Made by a program: the position numbers and the translations under genes
The notes under the pieces: generated by a model
What the model saw: only the letters and a program-made list of their open reading frames with translations
What the model was told of the DNA's origin: nothing
Databases searched by the model: none
Assembly (NCBI GenBank): GCA_043745805.1
Contig: JAYTSD010000004.1
Coordinates: 160,001-224,000 of the forward strand
From: Fibrobacteria bacterium
Lineage (GTDB): Bacteria > Fibrobacterota > Fibrobacteria > UBA11236
Direction of reading: 5' to 3'
Length of the DNA: 64,000 nucleotides
Shown: piece after piece, positions 9,294 to 19,224 of the stretch
Numbering within the stretch: the stretch's first letter is position 1
Layout: each line of letters starts with the position of its first letter

Positions 9294-11750
9294 ATGAGTA
9301 AACACCGTTATTTTTGCATACACGGACATTTTTACCAACCTCCACGTGAAAATCCGCAGCTCGATCAAGTTGAATTACAACCTTCCGCACAACCATTTCA
9401 TGATTGGAATGAGCGCATTTATGCCGAATGCTATGCGCCTAATGGTAATTCGCGCATACTTGATGAATTAGGTCGCATTAAAGACATGGTGAATAACTAT
9501 GCCTATATGAGTTTTAATATAGGCCCCACCTTATGTTCTTGGATAGAAGAAAAACACCCTTATACTTATTCGCGCATACTAGAGGCAGATAAACAAAGTT
9601 GCGCTAGGCTTGATGGACATGGCAATGCTATTGCTCAAGTTTACAATCATTTGATTATGCCTCTCGCTACCGAAGTAGAAAAGCGTTTGCAAATTTCTTG
9701 GGGCATTGCCGATTTTGAACGACGCTTTGCCCGTAAGCCCGAAGGGATGTGGTTAGCTGAAACGGCCATTGATATGCCTACTGCATGTGCATTAATCGAA
9801 GCAGGAATTCGTTTTACCATTTTGGCGCCCACGCAAGCTTTACAAATACGGCGCCTAGGCACAGAAAATTGGACCGATGTCAGCAACAATGATATTGATC
9901 CACGCAAGCCTTATCGCCTTTTTCCGCGTAATGAAGACGGTACGCCTCGTACAGGTTACCTCGATATATTTTTCTATGATGGGCATTTATCGCATGCGGT
10001 GAGTTTTGAACATTTGCTTAAAGGTGCAGAACGTTTTGGAGAAAAAATTGCTTCCGGCTTCGATCTTCATAGACAAGAAGATCAGCTCGTTTCCATTTGT
10101 ACCGATGGCGAATCGTATGGACATCATGAACCCTTTGGCGACATGTGTGCGGCTTATCTATTTACTGAATTAGCCGAGAAGTTAGATATGCAAGCTGTCA
10201 ATTATGGCTGGTATTTAGCGAATCATACTCCCGAATTTGAAGTGGAGTTAAAAAATGCTTTTACAGGTGGAACAGCTTGGTCCTGTGCTCATGGAACAGG
10301 ACGCTGGAAAGAAGATTGTGGTTGCTCTACAGGTGGTCAATGGGGATGGAATCAAAAGTGGCGTGGCCCCTTCCGCCAAGCCCTTCGTCTCTTAGCGGAA
10401 AAAGCTAATGAAACCATGGATCATTTAGGGCCGCAACATTTTAAGGATTGGAAACAAACCAAATTATCAGCGGTACATGCTTGGATAGGCACCGCCGAAC
10501 AACAGAATCAATGGTGGAATGAGGTTTTAAATCCTCAAGCGTCTAAATCATTCGCGCTAAAGCTGATTGAAATATTGCGCTATGGGCAATATATGTTCAC
10601 TAGTTGCGCATGGTTCTTTGCGGATATTCGCGGTATAGAAACCATTCAAAATTTACGTTATGCCTTGCAAGCCTTAGAACATCTTGAATCCTTTAATCCT
10701 AACTTAACATTGCGATCCGAATTTTTATTGGCTCTCAAAGAAGCAAAATCCAATGTGGATGGGCAGTCTGGCGATAATATTTTAATCGAAGCGAACAATG
10801 AAACTTTGCCGCTACCCTTATTTTTAGCCCTAGAAGAATGGACGGCAACATTACAACCCACAGAAAATTTTTCTTGCTTAAGGCCTAGCGCTTGGTTTTC
10901 CCTGCAACATGATAGCCTCCATGTACAAAATTGGAGAATTGAAGAGTTTGTATTTCAACATACCTTTCATGGCGACCAAATTCGAATTTGGATAGCTTTA
11001 GAAAATGCAGATTTTGATTTTGAAAACTTATACTTTCGCTTAGCCTCATCGAAATCTTTAAAGACATGGGCCTCTGAGGAATTAGCAAGTAATAATACGC
11101 AGTCGCTTAAAAATTTCTTTCCTATTTCATTACCTTTAAAAAAGTTACCCTTAGACTTTAAAGAAAGAGTGGCTCTGTACCTTAAAAATCGCTTTTGGAA
11201 AGAAAGTGAAGAGGATATTGCCCAACATGAAAAACGTCTAGCATTTCGCAATAAACAATTCACTCGTATTCAATGGCCTTTGCCAACTAGCTTACAAGAG
11301 ATGCTAAATATTTTGGAAAAATTTCACTTTGCTGAAAATCTAAAAATGGGATTGATAAACGATTCTCTCGATTCATTACATAACTCTTTAAAAATTGCAT
11401 CCTTACTTAAAAGTCAGGGCACCGCACCGTATTTAGGATCGAATCATAATCGACTGCATGACTTTTTGCTGAAGTTAGGTCAAAAGATTTTAAGCCAACC
11501 TGAAAGCACCGATTTTGAAAAGTTTTTTGTGCTTTTAGACATTATTGACACTTTACAAATCAACTCGGAACGCTATCGTATTGAGAATTTAGCCTTTCCT
11601 TTGTTCCAAAAGGTGCAAGAATGGGCAAAAGGTGCAAATCTCCTATTAAAAATTGATCCTGAACATGCTATTTTGATTCTGGAAAGACTAAATTTTAGTA
11701 CGGATTTAGCCAAAAGCCATTTCACCTCCAATATGGATGTAACAGCATGA
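9294..11750 (+). CDS. Glycoside hydrolase family 57 / DUF3536 protein
   Basis: CIHGHFYQPPRENP, SFNIGPTL, GMWLAETA, TDGESYGHH, AWSCAHG, MFTSCAWFF. Confidence 0.9.
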   Translation: MSKHRYFCIHGHFYQPPRENPQLDQVELQPSAQPFHDWNERIYAECYAPNGNSRILDELGRIKDMVNNYAYMSFNIGPTLCSWIEEKHPYTYSRILEADKQSCARLDGHGNAIAQVYNHLIMPLATEVEKRLQISWGIADFERRFARKPEGMWLAETAIDMPTACALIEAGIRFTILAPTQALQIRRLGTENWTDVSNNDIDPRKPYRLFPRNEDGTPRTGYLDIFFYDGHLSHAVSFEHLLKGAERFGEKIASGFDLHRQEDQLVSICTDGESYGHHEPFGDMCAAYLFTELAEKLDMQAVNYGWYLANHTPEFEVELKNAFTGGTAWSCAHGTGRWKEDCGCSTGGQWGWNQKWRGPFRQALRLLAEKANETMDHLGPQHFKDWKQTKLSAVHAWIGTAEQQNQWWNEVLNPQASKSFALKLIEILRYGQYMFTSCAWFFADIRGIETIQNLRYALQALEHLESFNPNLTLRSEFLLALKEAKSNVDGQSGDNILIEANNETLPLPLFLALEEWTATLQPTENFSCLRPSAWFSLQHDSLHVQNWRIEEFVFQHTFHGDQIRIWIALENADFDFENLYFRLASSKSLKTWASEELASNNTQSLKNFFPISLPLKKLPLDFKERVALYLKNRFWKESEEDIAQHEKRLAFRNKQFTRIQWPLPTSLQEMLNILEKFHFAENLKMGLINDSLDSLHNSLKIASLLKSQGTAPYLGSNHNRLHDFLLKLGQKILSQPESTDFEKFFVLLDIIDTLQINSERYRIENLAFPLFQKVQEWAKGANLLLKIDPEHAILILERLNFSTDLAKSHFTSNMDVTA

Positions 11751-12007
11751 TTTCCGAAACTTTATTGATACTTACTATCCTTGCTGCCGTATTCATCACA
11801 GGCGCATCTTTTGGACAAATGCTTTTGCGTTTGCGTTTAGCCAAATTGGAAAAATCCAATTTAGAATTGGAACAAAAACGCATCGTAGATTTAAAAAAAG
11901 CCATACACTCTCGCGCAGTTATCCTTGAACGCCGCAAGCCTACGGCTTACGAACAAGAAGTGCAAGATGAAATTGACGAAATTCTTGGGGAAATTGAAAG
12001 TAATTAA
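11747..12007 (+). CDS. Small membrane-anchored coiled-coil hypothetical protein
   Basis: N-terminal TM helix; ATGA overlap with the upstream stop. Confidence 0.65.
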   Translation: MISETLLILTILAAVFITGASFGQMLLRLRLAKLEKSNLELEQKRIVDLKKAIHSRAVILERRKPTAYEQEVQDEIDEILGEIESN

Positions 12008-12073
12008 AACTTCTTTCCCGTCTTGACCGTAACAGCAACATTTCCGTAACCACTCAGTTAACAGGGAACTTTA

Positions 12074-13741
12074 ATGCCCATACCCGTTTTAACGCATTCC
12101 GAAATTAAAGATATTGAAGCCCGTAATATTGCGTCGGGCTATACCGAATATGATATGATTTTAAGTGCCGGCGAAGCCGTATTTGAAACGCTAAAAACCA
12201 TGCTCGAGGAAGAATCGCTCAGCCCTCCCTTCGATCATGATCACGATGATGAAGATCCCAATGAAGGTCCAGAAATAGATTTTGATAAGCCCGAAATGCG
12301 CGGGCCGGTGGTGGCTTTTGTTTGTGGTAAAGGAAAAAATGGAGCCGATGCCTTAGCCACCGCTCTCCTTGCCGCACAAGCGCAGTATCCTCTAGTAATT
12401 TATCAGCTCTATTCGGATAAACCTTATGCTCCCGAAGTTGAACGCTTTCGTCAACAAGTTCACAAAGCGGGCTTAACTATCAATTCCATTAAATCTCCTT
12501 TAGATTTACCCGTTTTTCAAGACATAGACATTATTGTCGATGGGCTTTTAGGAACCGGCACCAATCGTGAACCCGAGGGCTTGATACAAAGCTGTATTTT
12601 TGGGATGAATCAAAGTGGTATTCCAATTTTATCCATTGATATTCCTTCGGGCATTCGCTGTGATGATCCACAAATGTCACCTAGTACCATACAAGCTACT
12701 GCCACGGTATGTTTAAGTTCGTTAAAAATATCTACTGCCTTTTATCCTGCCTCTTATGCCTATGGAAAAATTGGCTATAGTCATGTTGGTCTTGACGAAA
12801 AAATGCTAGCGAATGAACCTTCGCAATTACAATTGTATTCCATGGAAGACGCTCTCGAAGACTTACCGCCTCGACTTTATACCTCGCATAAATACACTTC
12901 TGGAAAAGTTTTAATTATTGCTGGATCCCGTGGAATGCACGGTGCTGCGGCCCTCGCAGCCAATGCGGCTTTAAGAGCCGGCGCAGGTTTAGTGCGTTTG
13001 GCCGTACCTGGTGGAATCTACACAGAAACCGCAGCACATATTTTAGAGATTATTGGTATTCCTTGCGGAGAAAAATCGTACTGTTTTTCACCCGAACATA
13101 TTTCCGAATTACGCGAACAATTGGAATGGGCCGATTCCATTCTTATCGGACCAGGTCTCGGCAAAGCACCCGTAACACAGGCATTTCTGGTAGAAATATT
13201 CCCTCTGTTAAAAGGTCGCAAAGTTGTTTTTGATGGCGATGCTTTATTTCTTTTTGGTGAAAGCTATCAATTAGATATTGAAGGATGTAAAAACTTTATC
13301 CTTACGCCTCATGCAGGAGAGTATAAAAGACTTGGCGGTTCCTATATTTATGAACAGCCTTTATTACACAGCGAAAACTTGCGAGCCTTTTCCCTGATTA
13401 AAAATTTACATATCGCCTTGAAAGGCCCGACCATGATAGTCGCCGAGCCTGCTGGTAAAATTAATCTCTTACCCATTGGTAATCCAGGCTTGGCCACCGC
13501 AGGAACAGGTGATGTATTAGCTGGCATTATAGCTGCATTTTTTATGCATTTACCCACGGCCAAAGCGGCTTGCTTAGGCGCATTTACCCATGGCAAAGCT
13601 GGACATTTAGCCCGTAACGACCAAGGTACCCTTGGCTTAGCCGCTTCCGATTTACTGTTGTATATTGCGCTAGCATTACGCGACATTGAAGACGAAGCCG
13701 AAGACTCCGGTCAAGATCGCGATTTGGGTTTAAAAAAATAA
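12074..13741 (+). CDS. nnr: Bifunctional NAD(P)HX epimerase / ADP-dependent dehydratase (YjeF)
   Basis: IVDGLLGTG, SIDIPSG, HKYTSGKVLIIAGS, GAGLV, IGPGLG, LTPHAGE, GNPGLATAGTGDVLAG. Confidence 0.92.
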   Translation: MPIPVLTHSEIKDIEARNIASGYTEYDMILSAGEAVFETLKTMLEEESLSPPFDHDHDDEDPNEGPEIDFDKPEMRGPVVAFVCGKGKNGADALATALLAAQAQYPLVIYQLYSDKPYAPEVERFRQQVHKAGLTINSIKSPLDLPVFQDIDIIVDGLLGTGTNREPEGLIQSCIFGMNQSGIPILSIDIPSGIRCDDPQMSPSTIQATATVCLSSLKISTAFYPASYAYGKIGYSHVGLDEKMLANEPSQLQLYSMEDALEDLPPRLYTSHKYTSGKVLIIAGSRGMHGAAALAANAALRAGAGLVRLAVPGGIYTETAAHILEIIGIPCGEKSYCFSPEHISELREQLEWADSILIGPGLGKAPVTQAFLVEIFPLLKGRKVVFDGDALFLFGESYQLDIEGCKNFILTPHAGEYKRLGGSYIYEQPLLHSENLRAFSLIKNLHIALKGPTMIVAEPAGKINLLPIGNPGLATAGTGDVLAGIIAAFFMHLPTAKAACLGAFTHGKAGHLARNDQGTLGLAASDLLLYIALALRDIEDEAEDSGQDRDLGLKK

Positions 13742-13744
13742 TCT

Positions 13745-14530
13745 TTAAAGGGCTTTAATATAAGGCGCAAAGGTCGCCAGTATTTCTTCATGAATTAGAC
13801 CATTAGAAGAAATGCCGGTTCTTTCCGTAACCGAGTCATTACCTTGGAGGGAAGTAAATCGTCCGCCGGCTTCCGGTAAAATAATTGCCATCGGCGCAAC
13901 ATCCCAAATTTCCACTACAGGATCCACCATCGCTTCAGCCTGACCCGTAGCGACTAAGAAATGACCATAGCAATCACCCCAACCGCGATGTAGGCCCGCC
14001 TTATGGCGAAGCTGACTCCAAGGCTCTGCATAACCTAAACGCTCCATGGTGGAAATGCTGCCATCTAATAAAAGCGCTTTATCCACTTGCGCGCAGGAGG
14101 ATACCTTGCACGCTACGCCATCTATTTTTGCTCCCCCTCCTAATGAGGCTGACAACTGATGTCCAAGTGCAGGCAAGGCAATAACGCCTACCACGGGCTT
14201 TCCATTCTCCAACAGGGCAATTAAAGTTCCAAATAAAGGGACACCATGTATAAAGGCCTTAGTGCCATCAATAGGATCTATTACCCATTGACGATTTTCA
14301 TTGCCTACTTGTTGCCCAAATTCTTCACCAATAATTCCATAACTAGGCGTATGCTGAGCAATTAAAGTGCGAATAAGCTCTTCCGCTTGCCGGTCGGCTA
14401 GGGTAACTGGTGTGTTATCGGATTTACTTTCCACCTGAATCGGTTTTTGAAAGTAACTAAGAATGACCTTCCCCGCTTGGGAAGCCATGTATAAAGCAAA
14501 TTCTAATTCTTGAGCATATTGATTTGACAT
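13745..14530 (-). CDS. hisN: Inositol monophosphatase family protein, probably histidinol-phosphatase
   Basis: KSDNTPVTLADRQAE, GEEFG, WVIDPIDGTKAFIHGVPLFGTLIA, GWGDCYG, WDVA. Confidence 0.82.
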   Translation of the reverse strand: MSNQYAQELEFALYMASQAGKVILSYFQKPIQVESKSDNTPVTLADRQAEELIRTLIAQHTPSYGIIGEEFGQQVGNENRQWVIDPIDGTKAFIHGVPLFGTLIALLENGKPVVGVIALPALGHQLSASLGGGAKIDGVACKVSSCAQVDKALLLDGSISTMERLGYAEPWSQLRHKAGLHRGWGDCYGHFLVATGQAEAMVDPVVEIWDVAPMAIILPEAGGRFTSLQGNDSVTERTGISSNGLIHEEILATFAPYIKAL

Positions 14531-14634
14531 AAGGAGGAAAAGGTAGGAATTTATATAGTGTAGGAAGTTGTTGCTCTGATCGGCTTAAATTCAACCCGCC
14601 TATGCAAACTTAAGTCTGAAAGATTAAATGTCAG

Positions 14635-16080
14635 CTAAAAGAAATAGCTAATTTTTGTCATCCAATACCAATCTTTGAGTGTAGAAAAGGCTTCACCATA
14701 ATCTTGAACTTTATATTTTCCTCCAGTACGAAAATGATCATTTGCCACTTGGGCACTAAATCGAACATGATTTTTAATCGTTTTTGCTGCATGTATCGAC
14801 CATTTAATATCATCTGCGTGTAAATTTTGCATATCATACTGATTTTCATATGGCAATCTTTTAGATTCATCTTGGAAGTATGTGCCAGTGCTGTCAGTTA
14901 CCAGATATCTTTTAAGATTTCTGTTAGATACTGGAATAGGAGAATACCCAGTTTCAAGTTTTATTGCGTTACCACTATACGGAGCCCCATACCACTCCAC
15001 TTCTAAAGAAAGATGATCCATGACATTATAAACAGGAACATTAAAACCTACCATAATTGGTATTCGTTGCTTCATATTAGTATAAATTCCCTTGTAATTT
15101 TTAGTACCGATAAGAGCGGCTTCTGAGTAAAGTTTGAAGTCCTCATCACCCATTGATGATATATCAAATAGTTTTTTGAAATCCATTGATAAAAATGCAT
15201 TCACTTTTGTTCCTGCAAGGGACAAGGTCGTTGTATCAAACCCCGTATTGTCAGACTTTTTTTCAATATAGTACTGGGGTGGATCATATGGGTGTGTTAT
15301 TGAATCAGTATTAACCAACTGAAATAAATCTTGGTTAGTTGGTGTGGTTAACTCGGAGCTTATTGGAAACAATCGGTAAAAGCTAATGCCAGCACCCATA
15401 CTAAAAAAGGATTCGGACTGATATTGAGCGATATATGACATTGAATAATCAAACAAAGGGCGTATTTTTGATTCGCTACTAAAAATTAAATTATGTGAAA
15501 AATTTCCAATGCGATTGTAAAAACGAGTACCAAGTATATTAGCTATTCCCATTGTCTCATCTAATTCGAACCCAGAGTAAATGAAACCAGGGTAAATGCT
15601 CCCTCGTAACAAATACAAACCTAAATTTTTTGTGTCGGAATTATATTGAAATGGGAAGTAACCTGCAGTAAAACTAAAGATAGGGTTATCTTTGGTATTG
15701 TAATAATAGGTAAATCGAGCTTCGCTTATATACGGGTCAAGAAAAAGGCGCGCTTGCACGGCAGAGCTGGGTTCTGATTGTGCTAAATGATTTTGTTTAG
15801 CGCCTATACCCAATGCACCATCCCAGTTTTCACTAATATTAGCAAAAGCTGTTATTTGTCCAGCTACACTTTGGAATAAGTTTCCATTGTAATTAAATCT
15901 TGAAGTATCAGAAGATTTCTCAATTCTACCAAATTGCATCCAACCTCGGCCATGAATACTAATTTTTACTGATTCCGCAGAGTAAACATTAACATTGGCA
16001 ATAGATCCCCAAAAAATAACAAGCGCAAAAATATTTATGCAAAATAATAATCTGTTTTTTTTCGTGACTATTTTTTTCAT
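14635..16080 (-). CDS. Predicted outer-membrane beta-barrel protein, paralog 3 of 3
   Basis: Signal peptide, alternating aromatic beta-strand pattern, C-terminal KISYFF; shares many motif blocks with the two neighbours. Confidence 0.65.
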   Translation of the reverse strand: MKKIVTKKNRLLFCINIFALVIFWGSIANVNVYSAESVKISIHGRGWMQFGRIEKSSDTSRFNYNGNLFQSVAGQITAFANISENWDGALGIGAKQNHLAQSEPSSAVQARLFLDPYISEARFTYYYNTKDNPIFSFTAGYFPFQYNSDTKNLGLYLLRGSIYPGFIYSGFELDETMGIANILGTRFYNRIGNFSHNLIFSSESKIRPLFDYSMSYIAQYQSESFFSMGAGISFYRLFPISSELTTPTNQDLFQLVNTDSITHPYDPPQYYIEKKSDNTGFDTTTLSLAGTKVNAFLSMDFKKLFDISSMGDEDFKLYSEAALIGTKNYKGIYTNMKQRIPIMVGFNVPVYNVMDHLSLEVEWYGAPYSGNAIKLETGYSPIPVSNRNLKRYLVTDSTGTYFQDESKRLPYENQYDMQNLHADDIKWSIHAAKTIKNHVRFSAQVANDHFRTGGKYKVQDYGEAFSTLKDWYWMTKISYFF

Positions 16081-16106
16081 ATTTTTATAAGATCCTATTA
16101 GATAGA

Positions 16107-17549
16107 TTAAAAGAAGTAGCTAAGCTTAAGCGTCCAGTACCAATCATTTAGTGTGGTCAGAGCTTCTTCATAGGAAACAAAATTAGCTCCCCCTGATGTA
16201 CCACCAGTGCGTGTATGATCATCTGCAACTTGTCCAGCTATTTTTACATGGCCAGCAAATACACGAGCAAAGTAAATTGAATATTTAATATTATCAGCAT
16301 TAACATCATATGGTTTTGTTTCATAGCGACTAATTCCATCCGGCACATCGCGATTAACCCAAGGAGTTTGTGGTACTGGAGAGCCTAGATCTTGTAACTT
16401 TCGATAATCTGGTACCAGCTTTGAACCATAATATTCGAGCTCAACAGCAAATACATCAAATATTTTACCGGTAGGGACATTGAGGCCAAACATGATTGGC
16501 ATTCGTTCTAAAGTTTTTCCATAGGCATTGCCATAATTTTTAATGCCCAACAAACCTACTTCTGAATAAACCCGCAAATCATTTTTTGTAAAACCTTCGG
16601 ATAAACCAAATAACTCTTTTAAATCGATGGAAGCGCGAGCCATTAATTTTGTGCCCTGATTACTTGGAAACACATAATTAAAGCCAATACTATCAGGCAA
16701 ATTTGGATTCGCATTTTTTATACGTACAGTATCAATAAGTGTGTAATTATAATCAAATGGGTGTGGGATCTGATTTGCTTGGTTTTTTTGATTTTTATCA
16801 AAACCATTTTTGGTGGAGGGCGATGTGATTTCAGGCCGAACAGCTAAAAAGTGATAGAAATTAATTCCTGCACCCAATTCTAACCATTTTTGTGGCTTAT
16901 AAGTCGCAACATAAATAGCTGAAAAATCGAAATACGGCTTTAAATCCATCTCGCTTGTTAAAATAAAATCGTTGGTAAAAGAACCATATTTTGCTTGAAA
17001 ATGTGTACCAAGCATGTTCGCATTATTCAACATTTCTTTAGATTCGAATCCAGAGACCAAAAGGCCAGGATATACAGCACCCCGAATTAAATATAGGCCA
17101 AGGTTTTTAATGTCATTATCATATTTGTAGGGGAAGAGGCCAAAAGTTAATTTGTAATTAAAGTCTTTTTTACCTTGAGGAAAATAAGTCAATCGCGATT
17201 GTGTGGTAAAGATATTGAGATTAATTTTTAAATCTTTCGCAGTAGTAATACTGCCTTGTGCCTGATGTTTTTGCACAGCGCCCAAACCAAATGATGCTTC
17301 GGTATACTCATTTAAATTGACAATGCCAGTTAAGAGTGCGCCAGCATCTTGAAGCCAGTTCTTATTGTAGTTGTTACTCTTAGTTCCAGTTAAAGTATCT
17401 GTACTTTGCATTATCATACCAGATTTTATCCAACCAGCTCCTTTAAATTGAACATCGACATTAGTGAATAACTGAGCTTGCGAAAAACTAATACTTAAAA
17501 ATAAAAGTGATAAAATTATATGTATAAAACGAGATCTCAATATTTTCAT
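16107..17549 (-). CDS. Predicted outer-membrane beta-barrel protein, paralog 2 of 3
   Basis: Signal peptide from MKILRSR (ATG 17549, RBS AAGGA); C-terminal KLSYFF. Confidence 0.65.
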   Translation of the reverse strand: MKILRSRFIHIILSLLFLSISFSQAQLFTNVDVQFKGAGWIKSGMIMQSTDTLTGTKSNNYNKNWLQDAGALLTGIVNLNEYTEASFGLGAVQKHQAQGSITTAKDLKINLNIFTTQSRLTYFPQGKKDFNYKLTFGLFPYKYDNDIKNLGLYLIRGAVYPGLLVSGFESKEMLNNANMLGTHFQAKYGSFTNDFILTSEMDLKPYFDFSAIYVATYKPQKWLELGAGINFYHFLAVRPEITSPSTKNGFDKNQKNQANQIPHPFDYNYTLIDTVRIKNANPNLPDSIGFNYVFPSNQGTKLMARASIDLKELFGLSEGFTKNDLRVYSEVGLLGIKNYGNAYGKTLERMPIMFGLNVPTGKIFDVFAVELEYYGSKLVPDYRKLQDLGSPVPQTPWVNRDVPDGISRYETKPYDVNADNIKYSIYFARVFAGHVKIAGQVADDHTRTGGTSGGANFVSYEEALTTLNDWYWTLKLSYFF

Positions 17550-17614
17550 GGATTGTATTTCCTTGAATGCGATATAGTTATGATTCACAAATCTCATTTA
17601 CCGATTTCCTAAAA

Positions 17615-19039
17615 TTAAAAGTTAAAGCCAATTTTAAACATTGCATACCAGTCTTTTAATGTAGAGAAAGCAGTAGCGTACCTACTAACATCACCTTCAG
17701 CGGGTGCGATATATTGGTTATAAGGTCTGAAATGATCATTTGCAATTTGCAAAGAAACTTTAGTGTTTTTATAGTAGGACTTAGACATATAGACTGACCA
17801 TTTAATATTGTCCTTAACCATATTATTGATATCGACTGGATCAGTAAAAATCACGGTTGGACGCCCTTTCAAATGACCGCTAGTGTCTTGTTCTCGTGAA
17901 TAGTCTTGATTACTCACTGGAACAGTTGCACCATCTCTCCATAATTTTAAATAATCATTTTTGTATCTGGCCCCGTAATATTCGGCTTCAATAAGAAATT
18001 CACTTAAGTATGGAACAGGAAGATATAATCCAACCATAATTGGAATTCTTTCGGTAATTTTTGGATAAACACCTTTGTAACTTTTAGTACCTAAAACTGC
18101 AAATTCGGAAAATAGCTTGAATTTGCCAAACCCATCCAATTTTGCCCATGTATTAAAGTCCAATGAAATTTGGCCCATAAGTTTTATGCCCTGATGACTG
18201 ATGGTAATATTTGTGGTATCGTAAACAGTTTTCCCACTAATTACAGATGAATCAATTTGTTGATAACCATAACGACCATCGTAAGGATGACTACCAGACT
18301 CAACTGGAAATGCTTTATCGGTAAGTTGTGTAACTTTTTTATTTGCAGGCAGTATCCGGTACAAATTAATGCCTGTGCCGAATTCAAACCCGCCAATTTT
18401 GTATTTGGCAAGATAGGCCACAGAAATGTCAAAAATAGGTGGCAAATCAGTTTCACTCTTAAATATTAAGTCGTGAGAAAATCCGAAAGCATATTGGTTG
18501 TGAATGTTCAAGCCCAATACATTACCCACAGTTGTATCAAGAGTTTTTGATTGAAATTCAGAGAATAAAAGGCCTGGGTAAACTGGCCCTCTAAACAAAT
18601 AGGAGCCAAGGTTCCGCGTATCTTGATTATACTGATAAGGGAATAATCCCAAATTTATGATCCATTTGGGTTCGGACTGCGAAATCGGAAAATATGTAAA
18701 CCGAGATTCAGTAAGATAAGGGAAAAACTGAACTTTTGTCGCGATTATTGCATTGCCAGAACCTTGAGCTGTCTGTATTTGATATCCGCCCAAGCCAATC
18801 GCAGCTTCAAGTTGGTCGCTTATCAAGGCCTTAATGGTGAATTGTGAGCCTGGACTTTGAATCCAATTCTTGTTGTAATTATGAGAATGATCGACGGTAT
18901 CAGAGCTATGCATAATACGACCAAATTGGTACCAACCCGAACCATGTAATTCGAATTTTATTGAATCTGATGATTCTGTAGAATGGCAAATTTCAAAGCA
19001 CAAAAAAAATAGAAATGCTAATCGTAAGGGAATTTGCAT
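17615..19039 (-). CDS. Predicted outer-membrane beta-barrel protein, paralog 1 of 3
   Basis: Signal peptide from MQIPLRL (ATG 19039, RBS GAGGA); C-terminal KIGFNF. Confidence 0.65.
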   Translation of the reverse strand: MQIPLRLAFLFFLCFEICHSTESSDSIKFELHGSGWYQFGRIMHSSDTVDHSHNYNKNWIQSPGSQFTIKALISDQLEAAIGLGGYQIQTAQGSGNAIIATKVQFFPYLTESRFTYFPISQSEPKWIINLGLFPYQYNQDTRNLGSYLFRGPVYPGLLFSEFQSKTLDTTVGNVLGLNIHNQYAFGFSHDLIFKSETDLPPIFDISVAYLAKYKIGGFEFGTGINLYRILPANKKVTQLTDKAFPVESGSHPYDGRYGYQQIDSSVISGKTVYDTTNITISHQGIKLMGQISLDFNTWAKLDGFGKFKLFSEFAVLGTKSYKGVYPKITERIPIMVGLYLPVPYLSEFLIEAEYYGARYKNDYLKLWRDGATVPVSNQDYSREQDTSGHLKGRPTVIFTDPVDINNMVKDNIKWSVYMSKSYYKNTKVSLQIANDHFRPYNQYIAPAEGDVSRYATAFSTLKDWYAMFKIGFNF

Positions 19040-19063
19040 CGTGTCCTCATAGAATACAAAAGT

Positions 19064-19107
19064 TTTAAAAAAAGATACATCTACTCTCAAGACAAGAGTA
19101 GATGTAT
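19064..19107 (-). terminator. Intrinsic terminator downstream of the DUF1080 gene
   Basis: Perfect 13-bp stem ATACATCTACTCT/AGAGTAGATGTAT (19075-19107), followed on the minus strand by CTTTTTTT. Confidence 0.75.
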
Positions 19108-19120
19108 TCAAAAAAAATAT

Positions 19121-19224
19121 TAAGGGGACTGTCTTACTAGTAACTGCAAGGTAACATTTTTACTAGTAACTGTACGGGAACTATTTTACTAGTAACTGCA
19201 AGGGTACTATTTTACTAGTAACTG
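19121..19224. repeat. Tandem array of 4 x 26 bp: invariant 13-mer containing palindrome TTACTAGTAA plus a diverged 13-mer
   Basis: Minus strand: CAGTTACTAGTAA followed in turn by AATAGTACCCTTG, AATAGTTCCCGTA, AAATGTTACCTTG and GACAGTCCCCTTA. Confidence 0.95.

Noticed and set aside
19121-19224. CRISPR array interpretation of the 26-bp repeats
   Set aside because: The constant and variable parts are only 13 bp each, the variable parts are clearly related to each other, and no cas genes are present
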